Of a stretch of DNA of 64,000 nucleotides, positions 32,611 through 42,642 are shown piece by piece (the first letter of the stretch is position 1; every line of letters starts with the position of its first letter). The stretch covers positions 480,001-544,000 of the forward strand of contig CBDEFO010000004.1 of the NCBI GenBank assembly GCA_965237525.1, in the 5' to 3' direction. This DNA comes from Candidatus Latescibacterota bacterium. GTDB taxonomy: Bacteria; Latescibacterota; CBDEFO01. The notes beneath the pieces were generated by a model. That model worked only from the letters and a program-made list of their open reading frames with translations, ran no database searches and had not been told where the DNA came from. The position numbers and the translations under genes were made by a program.

Positions 32611-33639
32611 TCAGATTACACTCTCCGTCTGCTTCTCCACCTCTCCCCAGTCTATCTCTACCCCCAAACCAGGCCCCTGGGGCACTGGAAGATATCCCTT
32701 TTCCAGCACCAGAGGGTTCTTAATCAGAGGTTCGCCTCCCTGAGAGCCGACCTCCCAACCTTCGAAGAAATCACAGTTCTTGATCGCTCCCAATACATGA
32801 GCGTGTACAAAACCATTCATCACCCCACCCGATTTGATCTCGCAGTTGACCCCGAAACTCTCCGCCAGATGTGCAATCTTGATCATATCCGTGATCCCTC
32901 CGCGCCAGGGAACACTCGCCCGAACGATGTCCACCGCCTGAAGCGCTATAAGCTGTGACGTCGAGTAGAGCGTCCCAGGCAAGTACTCGGCCGCTGCAAT
33001 CGGTATATCCAGTGACTCGGAGAGCTTCTTAAGTCCCATCAGATCGAAGTCCCGCAACGGCTCCTCAAACCAGTAATAGTTCTGTTCCTGCAGAGCACGA
33101 CCCACCCGTATCGCCTCGATGTAAGTGTACTGCTGTACACTGTCGTGCATCAGATAAAATTCCGGGCCAACAGCCTCGCGGACTGCCTGTGCCACCTTGA
33201 TCATTTCATCGACCCCGAGGTTACAGTGGTCCTTATAGCCCCAGAATCCCTCCTCCCTAGCCTGCAGGGCGTCCTTCACAAAGGCACCGATATCCGACAG
33301 ATTCCCCCCGCTCTTGTAAGACGGGATCTTGTCTCTGAAACCCCCTATTAACCGGTAGACCGGCATATCGGTTGCCTTACCCGCCAGATCCCACAGCGCT
33401 ACATCCACGTATGCCCGCACAGTCTGGGGCAGATAGCGGAGACGGTCCAGATGCACCAGTTCCTGCCAGAGACGCTCCCGGACCAGGGGATCCTGCCCGA
33501 TCAATACGTTCCGGTAGGCCGATTGAATCTGGCGTGCTGTATCCTCGCCCACACCCATACACCAGCCCTCCAACTCAGTGTCCGTCAGGATTCTGAGAAG
33601 CCCAACAGGCTGATGGATCTTGATGTCGGTGATCTCCAT
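32611..33639 (-). CDS. enolase-superfamily paralogue 1, divergent (start at MEITDI)
   Basis: DVALWDL, GYKDH, MHD, WFEEP, AAE, PQGPGLGVE; GGAGG RBS. Confidence 0.9.
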   Translation of the reverse strand: MEITDIKIHQPVGLLRILTDTELEGWCMGVGEDTARQIQSAYRNVLIGQDPLVRERLWQELVHLDRLRYLPQTVRAYVDVALWDLAGKATDMPVYRLIGGFRDKIPSYKSGGNLSDIGAFVKDALQAREEGFWGYKDHCNLGVDEMIKVAQAVREAVGPEFYLMHDSVQQYTYIEAIRVGRALQEQNYYWFEEPLRDFDLMGLKKLSESLDIPIAAAEYLPGTLYSTSQLIALQAVDIVRASVPWRGGITDMIKIAHLAESFGVNCEIKSGGVMNGFVHAHVLGAIKNCDFFEGWEVGSQGGEPLIKNPLVLEKGYLPVPQGPGLGVEIDWGEVEKQTESVI

Positions 33640-33734
33640 GATGTTTCCTCCCTCTCGATAATAGAGAATACCAATCTTTGCATAGTTGTTTAGATTCTTT
33701 GGACACCCGCCCCATGCACAACGTCTATGAAAGG

Positions 33735-34030
33735 CTATTTGCGCCGAAGGACGTCCCTGTGCGCCGTCCACAGGCACCGACGCCCCATTAGATCAGTTTG
33801 CCCGCTCTGAGGCGAGGAAGACGACTGCGTGCCACTTCTTCGGTAATTCCAGAAGACAGGCGAAGAACTGCAGGATCTCAAGCTCGTTCAGTGGCTCCGA
33901 ATCGTTCCTTTTGAACCGCTCCTACCCTGCATTTTCAGACTAGATCGAGACTGTCCAGACGCTGTTCACGGTGTTCTTATCTGGTGACAACTCCACCGCT
34001 AGCCCCCTGCCGTGAAGATTCCTGGAAAAC
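33735..34030 (-). pseudogene. short-chain dehydrogenase C-terminal remnant
   Basis: reads LAVELSPD..TVNSV...EEVA / AVVFLASERAN*SNGASVPVDG across stops and a frameshift. Confidence 0.6.
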
Positions 34031-34106
34031 CTTGATTGGATTCAGGCTGGTGCTTCTTCTTAGGCTGCTTTACACAACAACTACAGGGGTACATCTGAGC
34101 ATGTTC

Positions 34107-35858
34107 CTACTTTGTCCTGAAGGCAATTTTAAGGTTATCTTCCCGAATATGCACCTGTGATGCGTATTTCTTTCTCAGTCCTTCCAAGAATTGCTCGAAT
34201 ATCTCCCGCTCCTTCGTTCTCCTTATCTGCCCTCTGACGCGCCTTTTGGCATCCTCAAATGGCTGTCTCTCACGGCGTCTGGATAGAACTTTGAATATAG
34301 AGTATCCGCCCGCTACCTGGACAGGACCTCCAACGGTAGGATATGTACCCTTAACGTGAACAGGACCTGAAAGCTCCCCTATCTGAGCCTTCTTCGCAGC
34401 TCCCACTATGCCGCCGTATTTTTGGCTTTCGAAAGGATGAAAATGGAATCTGCCTTCTTCGTCCCGCTGGTCTGCAGGACGTGTAGAATGAGCCCTCGCA
34501 AGCTCGCTCAATGGAGCACCTTTTTGGATCTGTTCCATAAGGCTCAACGCCTCTTCCTGCGTCTCTACAAGTATCTCCTGTATATCTATCTTCTCAGGAA
34601 GCAGATACTTATCAGGATTGCTGTCGTAGTACTGTCGCATATCGTCCTCAGTTATGCTTATCTTACCTTCCAGCGCTTGTTCCCTGAGTTCAGATATTAA
34701 GAACCTTCTTCCTTCGTTCTCAAGCCACCTTGCCGTATCTTCTTCCTTATCCATCCCGGCGCGAAGAGCAGCTTCCAAAATCATTTTGTCGGGAATAATG
34801 AAACGCTCTGCAAAGGAGGCCAACTGTTCGCTATCTTCAAGAATAGGAAGACCACCTTTACCTTTACGCTCGCTGATAGCTTGAATATCTCTGATCACGA
34901 AGATAAAGTCCTCTGAGGTTATCTTTCCATCGTCGTATCTGTAGACAACGATGCTCCTATCATCCTGCGTGGGAAGAGATACGCCGCCGCGCAACCTTGC
35001 TAGGCAGCTCTTTAAGCCTTCCTGATCCAGTTCGAGGCGATATTTTATCTTTAGCTTTTCTACTAAAGCGGCTCTTTCAAGGGTAAGCTTTTTGTTGTAG
35101 AGTGCTTGGTAAATCTCTGAGCTGGGTTGAACTGTACTGTCAGCGGTGGCTTTGAATATCGAATATTTCCTGCCGATCTTTATGGGCTCTGATACTTCGC
35201 CCACCTTAAGAGAAAATAACTTATCCTGAAGAATGGGGATCAGGCGTACTTTGGTGTGATATAATCCTGAATCGCCGCCCCTGGGTGCAGTCTCCTCATT
35301 AACAGAACGCCGTCGGGCTACCTCCTCAAAGCTCTCCCCCTGTTTGATCTCCTCAAGAGCAGCCCTTGCTTTATCCTCGCTGTCCACCATTATATCGCTA
35401 AACCTGATCGCCCTAGAGTATTCCGACTTTTCGAATAAGTCCCGTAAGTCCTCTTCTTTTATATCTAGCGCTAATTCCCTTTGTTGAAAGATACTTAGGA
35501 GCTTTTGTGTTCTGCTCTTATGCATCTTCCTCAGAAAGCGGAGACTCTTATTAATGCCCTTGGCCTTGGCCTCCATCATCAAAAGCTCCATGTCGATCAC
35601 CGTCTGTAGATCATTCCTTTGTTTTTCTATCCCTGTTTTTGTGCTCTGGAAATGTAGAGGGACTTCATCGCTAAATTCTTCCAACTGCTTTACAATTATC
35701 TCCTTATCCCCAACCTGGGCAAGTACCAGATCCTCCTTTTTCCCTGTGCAGCTCATGCTGACAATTAAGAGTGCAATTGGAAACGGCCAGATTCCAGCAG
35801 CTTTTCTTACGACAGAGGCGGTCTTTCGCGCCTTTGCATATATTCTGCAATTGTTCAT
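34107..35858 (-). CDS. PpiC/parvulin-type foldase with two PPIase domains, probable lipoprotein
   Basis: LLIVSMSC lipobox-like; FEEVARRRS...GGDSG and LSELARAHS domains; GEVSEP and GELSGP. Confidence 0.85.
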   Translation of the reverse strand: MNNCRIYAKARKTASVVRKAAGIWPFPIALLIVSMSCTGKKEDLVLAQVGDKEIIVKQLEEFSDEVPLHFQSTKTGIEKQRNDLQTVIDMELLMMEAKAKGINKSLRFLRKMHKSRTQKLLSIFQQRELALDIKEEDLRDLFEKSEYSRAIRFSDIMVDSEDKARAALEEIKQGESFEEVARRRSVNEETAPRGGDSGLYHTKVRLIPILQDKLFSLKVGEVSEPIKIGRKYSIFKATADSTVQPSSEIYQALYNKKLTLERAALVEKLKIKYRLELDQEGLKSCLARLRGGVSLPTQDDRSIVVYRYDDGKITSEDFIFVIRDIQAISERKGKGGLPILEDSEQLASFAERFIIPDKMILEAALRAGMDKEEDTARWLENEGRRFLISELREQALEGKISITEDDMRQYYDSNPDKYLLPEKIDIQEILVETQEEALSLMEQIQKGAPLSELARAHSTRPADQRDEEGRFHFHPFESQKYGGIVGAAKKAQIGELSGPVHVKGTYPTVGGPVQVAGGYSIFKVLSRRRERQPFEDAKRRVRGQIRRTKEREIFEQFLEGLRKKYASQVHIREDNLKIAFRTK

Positions 35859-35905
35859 CTTCCAAAATCTCCTTTTTTGGTAAATCGCGTATATCTATTC
35901 AGTTC

Positions 35906-38116
35906 TTAATTATTTACAGAATCCTCATTCTTTAGAACGCTCATCTCCTTATAAAGGAGCGCTAATTTGAGACGGACATCGGAATAGTCCGACTCTATCT
36001 TAAGAATCTCTTCGTATTGAGCAGTAGCCTCCTTGTACTTCCCCTTCTCCTTATAGGCAGCAGCCAGATTATAACGGGCATCTAAGTTTTGGGGCTGGCT
36101 CTCTAACAGTCTCGTAAATTCAGCTATTGCCTCGTCCAGCAGCCCCTTCTTGGCATAAACAACGCCCAGATTATTTCGAGCTTCGAGGTAATCTCCTCCA
36201 GTCCGGATGATTTTTCTGTACTCATCCACAGCTGCGTCATAGAGTCCCTTCTTATCGTAGATATACGCTAACTTGAGACGAACCTTTACATTATCAGGGT
36301 CTAATTTGAGGGCGCTTTCGCACTCATCTTGAGCCCTGTCGTACATGCCTAATTGTATGTAATTCTGCGCTAAGAAAAGACGGGTTTGGATGTATCCTTC
36401 CACCCACAGGGGTCGGGCAAGCATCAAGCTCGGCCTGGCCTCCGCAACTTTTCTGCTGGCAGCTATAGAATCATCATACATCCCCATTCTTGCATAGATG
36501 GAACCGAGATTCAGCCATGCCTCCCAATAATCCTCTTTAAGAGAGACAACCTTCTCAAACTCCACGATAGCGCTTGCATGCATTTGCTTGTTCATATACA
36601 TTGTGCCGACGTTATAATGAACCTCAGCATTGTTGACGGTGTCCATCTTTCCGATCTTTGTGTTTGCAGCCAGGGTGAAAAGGACAAACGGCACAACGGA
36701 AAGACTCAGAGTCAGATAGCGACCGCCTTTAGCGCTCTGGAACCACCACCATATCGTGTAGGCTGCAAAGATCATCAAAAAGGGCAACACTGGAAGGCGA
36801 TACCTGGACGTCACCAGAAAAAGGACCACAGAAGCGGCGTAGACTGTAACAAAGATATATAATAGCAGGAGCTTACGCCAACGGGGAAGAGATATGATCA
36901 GACCCACAAGAGCAAGCGGAGACAAAACCCCAAAGGGGAACGCGATGATCCTCTTCCATACGGAAGCCCACATCAAAGAGGAATTCCCCCTGGAAAAATA
37001 GATTTCCTGATTGCGGCCGATTTCGTTCCCGTTCCAGAATAAAAAGAGCTTCTTACAAAGCAGTTTGAAATACGCTAAGGGCTGGTCTCTGATAAATTCC
37101 CACGCCTTGGAGAAGAAGTATCTCGAACTTTCGGAGTGCTTGTCTATGCCCTTCTCTAAAGGTTCAAAGGAGAGGTTCTCCCACTCCCATCCCGGTCTGA
37201 TCCCGACGGTTCGATCGTAGTCAGGGTTGTTACCGATGTAGAAATTTATCCCTGCGTTGTAGGAAATTATGACAAAATCACCGCCTACAACGTAGTTTCT
37301 CAGTGTAACAGTTGAAATCACCAGAAGCCCACCCAGAAGGAAGCTGCCGCACCATACCGCAAATTGTGAAGTTCTGACACCTCTTTCGAGTTTGGGTTCT
37401 GCAGTCTCTATCGTCCCTCTGTCAGCCGACAGAACTGAATCGACGTTTGACCTGGATCCGAACGCTATCCACATCCAGAGCAGGATAAAAGGAGCAAGTG
37501 CTAAAACATTGGGGACCGTAATGGCAGATAGGCCGAAGATGAATCCCGAAAGGAGCCACTTCGAAAGGCGTGGACGTTCAGAAGCCTCTAAAAGAGACAG
37601 AATAAGAAGCAGATCCAAAAAGAGGGCGATGGATGCGGGCAGAAGTTCACAGTCAAAATATATCAAGATGCCGTAAAGTGCACCCAACAGCGAGGCGATG
37701 ATACCCACAGACGTATTAAAAAATCGTCTGCTTATCAAAAATATCAGCACACATCCCAAAGAACCGAGTACAATCTGTATCAGGCGAACTGCCCAGAAGA
37801 ACTGGTCTTTGAAGATCAGCCGTACTAAAGCCAGAAAGTACGGATAAAAAGGCGGCTGCCAAAAAGGGCCCTTCCCGAAACCGAGCCAGTTTCCGCCAAC
37901 TATATCCCTGGCTTGATCTACATAAGTTAATGAGTCTACGACAGGGGAGTCGAAAAGCGGACTATCCGCTACCTGACTGAGATAGAAAAGCCTTGCTGCC
38001 ATGGCAATAAGGAAAATGCCTAATGTCTTACTACTGAGGAAGCTCTCAACCCATCCCTTATTCTTCCACACCTGCATATACCGTAGCATAGGCTGAACTG
38101 CCCGTTTTGGGATCAA
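35906..38116 (-). CDS. GT-C (PMT/ArnT-like) membrane glycosyltransferase with C-terminal TPRs (start uncertain, possibly 38077)
   Basis: DSLTY, FWQPPFYPYFLA, NFYIGNN, SRYRLP; many TM helices; tandem TPR repeats. Confidence 0.85.
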   Translation of the reverse strand: MIPKRAVQPMLRYMQVWKNKGWVESFLSSKTLGIFLIAMAARLFYLSQVADSPLFDSPVVDSLTYVDQARDIVGGNWLGFGKGPFWQPPFYPYFLALVRLIFKDQFFWAVRLIQIVLGSLGCVLIFLISRRFFNTSVGIIASLLGALYGILIYFDCELLPASIALFLDLLLILSLLEASERPRLSKWLLSGFIFGLSAITVPNVLALAPFILLWMWIAFGSRSNVDSVLSADRGTIETAEPKLERGVRTSQFAVWCGSFLLGGLLVISTVTLRNYVVGGDFVIISYNAGINFYIGNNPDYDRTVGIRPGWEWENLSFEPLEKGIDKHSESSRYFFSKAWEFIRDQPLAYFKLLCKKLFLFWNGNEIGRNQEIYFSRGNSSLMWASVWKRIIAFPFGVLSPLALVGLIISLPRWRKLLLLYIFVTVYAASVVLFLVTSRYRLPVLPFLMIFAAYTIWWWFQSAKGGRYLTLSLSVVPFVLFTLAANTKIGKMDTVNNAEVHYNVGTMYMNKQMHASAIVEFEKVVSLKEDYWEAWLNLGSIYARMGMYDDSIAASRKVAEARPSLMLARPLWVEGYIQTRLFLAQNYIQLGMYDRAQDECESALKLDPDNVKVRLKLAYIYDKKGLYDAAVDEYRKIIRTGGDYLEARNNLGVVYAKKGLLDEAIAEFTRLLESQPQNLDARYNLAAAYKEKGKYKEATAQYEEILKIESDYSDVRLKLALLYKEMSVLKNEDSVNN

Positions 38117-40769
38117 CTCCAGTGACGAACCTTTTGGTCACCCTCAAACCTAACTGGGTTATCAGTTTGTATCCCAAGTAGTCCCCAACGTTGGAGTATT
38201 GCACTGCACCTACGATTTCGGTAAAGTCGTCCAAAAGTCCTTTCTGTACGACGGTATGTTCAGGCTTCATCTGTCGGAAGATCGAATATTCAACTCCGGT
38301 TTCTATTTCGGAGCGATTAAGCAATGGGAGTTTAGCAAGCAGAAAGAGAATTGTAGTATTTTCTCTTCGTCTAGGATCTGATACGAGCGCCGGAGATTCT
38401 ATCCTGAGTTCGTTTTTGATCCGGGGCTGGATATCAAAGACCCCTATCTTAAAGGTATAGTCCACCTTATTGATCAGACCGAAAAAGGTGAACTTGTCTC
38501 TTTTTGGTAGTCCCAGAAGGTCTTCCGGTTCTGCTCTTTGGTCCCACACATCAAATTTTAGCTTGCTGATAATGTTCAGATTTCTTTTCTTTGTGTAATC
38601 AAAACTTACATAGGCCGAATTTATCCAGGTATCTTGCGCCGCCAAAGGATCTGGGGTCGGGACGTTTCTCCCTGCTCTACCTGACGCTACAAATGCTGAA
38701 TCATCCCATTGGAGAAGATCATCTTTTATATTGTCCTTTGCCAACCTAAAACTCTCGAATATCTTCAGCCTACCCAATGCCGGGAAGTCCTTGTCCAGAG
38801 TAATGAGCGCATAGCTTGTCAGGTTGTCCCTATAGTCGGCAAGGAGTTCTTCTCTGTTTTGGCCGATCATAAGTTTTACATCCGGAGTTACATGAAGACC
38901 AACATAAGCGTTGTATCCTCTGTGGTCCCTGTCGTAGGGAAAGTCGGCCTCGGTATCGTTTTCAAACCGATCTACCCATAAATTGTTGTTCATATCTATA
39001 CCGAACAGAAACTCCGGCCGATCTGTCCCGTACCTCAAGAACGGCTCATCGTAGTCAGGCACAGCGTTTGGCCGTTCCCTGCTGTTATTTTGATTAAAGT
39101 CGGATATAAAGTCCTGGTTCTCATCATAGCCCGGGAATACTGCATCGTCCCGGGATTCGCCTCGCCTATCCCAATCGGGAAATCTGTCCTGATCGTCGTT
39201 GTCTTCCACAAGTTCGTACGTGAAACCCGAAATATTCCCGTAATCTATTTCAAGATCACCTAGTGCCAGAAATGTGGACGTATTATAGTTGTCGTCCATG
39301 CTGTAAGCCTCTCCCAAGAGGAACCACGGATAGTCAATCTTGGATATGTTTACCATCCACCCATCGCCTTCGTCAGAGGCTGTTTCGTGCTCTAAGTCCT
39401 GCCTGTTGGGATATTGTCTGTAACTGAGGCTCCGGTCAAATTCTGCGTAAATATCGAATCCCCAGAGATCGTTCGCCTCCAGCGTTACCCCGTATATCTC
39501 GGTGCCCGTTGGCAGACCGTAGTCGATCCTGAGGAGCTTCAGATTCGAGCTGTCCTTGGTATTGCCTTTGGCTCTGGCGGCCAATAGATATACGAAATCG
39601 CCACGCCTGTCCAGCTGGCGGTCAGAGGTCACTTCGATCCTGTAATCGTTCCCTACCACCACCTCGAACGTCACCTTCTTTATCTCGGTAGGATCAGGGC
39701 CTGTATAAGACGCCTCTGTAAAATCGAATATCAGGTCTATCTGTTCAGGTCCGCTGGCCTCCCAGAAACCTCTTCTCTGAAAGCCGCCCTGAGGAGAAGG
39801 GATGAGTCCCACTTTGCTTGCCCTGACTACCTCCCTTTCGATCGTCAGGTTTCCCTCTTCGTCAAATTTTTCAATATCCGCTTCTATGATCAGATCCCAT
39901 GAAAATAGGGCGGCTCCACCCTCCTCATCCTCGGGGGAATCGTCCATAAGCCGTAGGAATAGCCTTTTAATGTTATTGGAATTCTGGCCTGTGGAGAGCG
40001 ATCCGCTTCTCGGGCTCCCCTTGAAGCTCTCTATAAGCGTCACAGAGTTGTGAGCGTTCACGTAGGTCGCTCCGATTTTGACAAAATCGCCCAATTGGGC
40101 TGTTGCCCTCCCCCCTGTCAAGACTGTCTGGCTTGTTCGCCTTTGGCTGGGTACGCCACCCGTACTACTGGGCCGGGCAAGGAGCGCTGTGGCTTCATAT
40201 TTATCGGATTGAAAATCAATCTGGATCCCGTTAAACGCAGGCTTTGAAAAGGTCATCGGAGTCAGCGTCGTCCTGATATCATCCCCTATAGTTACCGATT
40301 GATGGTACTGCCCCTTTTGATCGGAGGCTACCAGTAGGTTGCTGAAGAAGCTTCCGTATCTCAAAGTCTTGAGTATACCGCTTCCGCTCTGCTGGGGCTG
40401 TGACTGGCTCCAGTCGTAGATCAACCATCCCCGGGTGATATAGGAGCCGTAGAGATCGTAGTAATAATCCCCCTCAAGTGTGATGTCCACATACCGATCG
40501 TAGCGGTCCCGGGCGTAGTTAGTGTACTCCCACTGCTTCCATTGGTACTCCAGGAAGAGCTCCTGCGGGACATACCATTTCTTGACAGCCGGGTCCAAAG
40601 CGTCAAACAGGACACCAGGTCCGGTCGGTTCGAACGAGATCTCCCCCCCCCGACGCACACCTATACGACCCGCGCTGTAATCCTGGGCGTAAGAGATAGT
40701 GTTGAAGATCATCACCGCCCAAACCATAGCCGCACCAACAACACGCGCCTTAGATCTGAAAGTTATCAT
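38058..40769 (-). CDS. large secreted hypothetical protein, probable outer-membrane beta-barrel
   Basis: signal peptide (ISYA|QD); amphipathic beta-strands in the C-terminal third; DxDxD-like Ca-binding loops. Confidence 0.6.
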   Translation of the reverse strand: MITFRSKARVVGAAMVWAVMIFNTISYAQDYSAGRIGVRRGGEISFEPTGPGVLFDALDPAVKKWYVPQELFLEYQWKQWEYTNYARDRYDRYVDITLEGDYYYDLYGSYITRGWLIYDWSQSQPQQSGSGILKTLRYGSFFSNLLVASDQKGQYHQSVTIGDDIRTTLTPMTFSKPAFNGIQIDFQSDKYEATALLARPSSTGGVPSQRRTSQTVLTGGRATAQLGDFVKIGATYVNAHNSVTLIESFKGSPRSGSLSTGQNSNNIKRLFLRLMDDSPEDEEGGAALFSWDLIIEADIEKFDEEGNLTIEREVVRASKVGLIPSPQGGFQRRGFWEASGPEQIDLIFDFTEASYTGPDPTEIKKVTFEVVVGNDYRIEVTSDRQLDRRGDFVYLLAARAKGNTKDSSNLKLLRIDYGLPTGTEIYGVTLEANDLWGFDIYAEFDRSLSYRQYPNRQDLEHETASDEGDGWMVNISKIDYPWFLLGEAYSMDDNYNTSTFLALGDLEIDYGNISGFTYELVEDNDDQDRFPDWDRRGESRDDAVFPGYDENQDFISDFNQNNSRERPNAVPDYDEPFLRYGTDRPEFLFGIDMNNNLWVDRFENDTEADFPYDRDHRGYNAYVGLHVTPDVKLMIGQNREELLADYRDNLTSYALITLDKDFPALGRLKIFESFRLAKDNIKDDLLQWDDSAFVASGRAGRNVPTPDPLAAQDTWINSAYVSFDYTKKRNLNIISKLKFDVWDQRAEPEDLLGLPKRDKFTFFGLINKVDYTFKIGVFDIQPRIKNELRIESPALVSDPRRRENTTILFLLAKLPLLNRSEIETGVEYSIFRQMKPEHTVVQKGLLDDFTEIVGAVQYSNVGDYLGYKLITQLGLRVTKRFVTGVDPKTGSSAYATVYAGVEE

Positions 40770-40826
40770 AAAGTACCCCCCTTGGTTACGAGCTAGAACT
40801 GCAGAAACTTTTAGATCAGTTAAAAG

Positions 40827-40873
40827 CCCCCGATTGAATCCCCGATTGCTTCTATCGGGGATTCAATCGGGGG
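40827..40873. repeat. nested palindrome containing the 21-nt CCCCGAT...ATCGGGG element
   Basis: CCCCCGATTGAAT[CCCCGATTGCTTCTATCGGGG]ATTCAATCGGGGG. Confidence 0.8.
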
Positions 40874-42616
40874 TCAATAGACTAAAGATACGGTTTCTGT
40901 TTTACCCTCTGTCACCGTATCTGTTTCTACCTCTACACGAAGAAAATACGATCCAGGGAGCAACAGTTGTCCGTCATCGTCACTCCCGTCCCAAACCCGT
41001 TTGTATCTACCACTGGAATCATGACCCGAATAGATCTCCTTCCTTAACCTTCCGCTTATATCGTAAATACTTACCGATACCGGGACTATGTCTGTCAGTT
41101 TTAAAATGTCGTAGGTTACAAAGAGGATATCGTTTATTCCATCTCCATTTGGTGTAAAGGGATTGGGCGAGGCCTCTATGGAATGGAGCACGTCTTCACC
41201 CACAGGGATCGTTACGGAAAGGTCATTTCCGGCTGCCAGCGTATCCGAGGCTGCGTCTCCACCTACAACCGCTTGAGGTATCCAATCGGGTCTTTGGCTA
41301 TCAGATACCCTTCCACTGAACACAGTGTTAAACTGCAGGGCGACGCTCTCGAAAATTACCCTGAGGATCTTGTCCCCTGTGACCCTCGGAAAGCGTATTT
41401 TGAACCCACCTGTGACATCTGTTTTGTCAATATCAACATCAATTCCATCTATTTGCACCCTTACCACGTCCACCGGCGCCAGGGTCTTTATTTCGAGGGT
41501 GTCGAAGCCTGTGCTGTTAAACGATCTTATCGTGTAGACGAAGGTGGTGTCTTGGGCGATGAGTGTATTTTGCGGCCATATCTCGCCCAATATCGACTCA
41601 GCTAGTGCAGGAGAAACTTCAAATGCGAGCGAATCGACAGTTGTGGCGGACTCAAAATGGTCGCTTTCGAAGAGGATACGAAACTGAAAGAAACGGCGCG
41701 GTGATGGCGATACAATATCAGATAGGACGCCCGCCGGATAGGGCGGAGACCAATCGCTCCAAACAACGTCGTCGGGACTTGTTCCGCTTCCACTCCTTGT
41801 CGCTACGGTAGCACTCGATTTGGCCCGTTGGCCTATAATCCCCTTGGACCATTCTATACCGCCAAAGACGGAAAACTGTCCCTGGTTGAACATATCAAAA
41901 GAATTGAATATCTTTGATGTGTACGACGCTGCGGCTACAAAACCTTCACTGAAGACCTGAAACTCGTCTATCTCCCAGTCCGATCTTAGAAGCTGTTCTA
42001 TCTCTATACGACGGACATACTGCACTGGGACATCTATATCAACTATCTGCTCCTCGTTGTCAACCACTGACCTAAACAACCTGAACAACGGAGTCCCTCC
42101 TTCGGACGTCTGCTCCTTACTCCCATCGTTTAACTTTATCTGATAGCCTCTCAAGATAAAGTCTTTAAATTCAGGGCCACTTCTTGGGAAAAACTTGATT
42201 CTGTTGACCGCGAAACGATCGCCCAAATCTATTTTAATTATGATCCCTAAGGCTCGTGTCCCCTTAACTTCAAAAGCCTCAGTCGTATCACCGTTTACAA
42301 TCTGCCGTAATCTTTCTTCTATATCTGTATTCTTCATTAAGAGCGCTTTGTCGGCGTTAGGTGACGTTATTGACCCTCCTCTTTCGAATATGCCCAGGGA
42401 AATGTTATCGTTAGGATCAGTCCGTTTAGGTTGAACCGAGCCGGAATCAGTGCCAAAATCGATGACGGATATCTCGGAATATTGTCCGTCCCAGGGGAGA
42501 TTGGCCGGGCCTCCCCCTATTATAATCGTCTCGCCATGGACCTGGCTTGTTGGAAGTTCTACTGACACAATAAGAAGGAGTAAGAGCCACGCCTTTCTAT
42601 TAAAACAGCTGTCCAT
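40874..42616 (-). CDS. secreted protein with discoidin-like domain and FlgD-Ig / T9SS-type-B-like C-terminal domain
   Basis: signal peptide; IDLG..FAVNRIKF; WSDWSPPY; PNPFTPNGDGIND...WDG...VY. Confidence 0.75.
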   Translation of the reverse strand: MDSCFNRKAWLLLLLIVSVELPTSQVHGETIIIGGGPANLPWDGQYSEISVIDFGTDSGSVQPKRTDPNDNISLGIFERGGSITSPNADKALLMKNTDIEERLRQIVNGDTTEAFEVKGTRALGIIIKIDLGDRFAVNRIKFFPRSGPEFKDFILRGYQIKLNDGSKEQTSEGGTPLFRLFRSVVDNEEQIVDIDVPVQYVRRIEIEQLLRSDWEIDEFQVFSEGFVAAASYTSKIFNSFDMFNQGQFSVFGGIEWSKGIIGQRAKSSATVATRSGSGTSPDDVVWSDWSPPYPAGVLSDIVSPSPRRFFQFRILFESDHFESATTVDSLAFEVSPALAESILGEIWPQNTLIAQDTTFVYTIRSFNSTGFDTLEIKTLAPVDVVRVQIDGIDVDIDKTDVTGGFKIRFPRVTGDKILRVIFESVALQFNTVFSGRVSDSQRPDWIPQAVVGGDAASDTLAAGNDLSVTIPVGEDVLHSIEASPNPFTPNGDGINDILFVTYDILKLTDIVPVSVSIYDISGRLRKEIYSGHDSSGRYKRVWDGSDDDGQLLLPGSYFLRVEVETDTVTEGKTETVSLVY

Positions 42617-42642
42617 TAAATCTATACCTCCCTCAATAAAAA

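Noticed and set aside
33640..33777. N-terminal extension of the 388-aa ORF
   Set aside because: It derives from the upstream SDR remnant; a strong RBS precedes the ATG at 33639.
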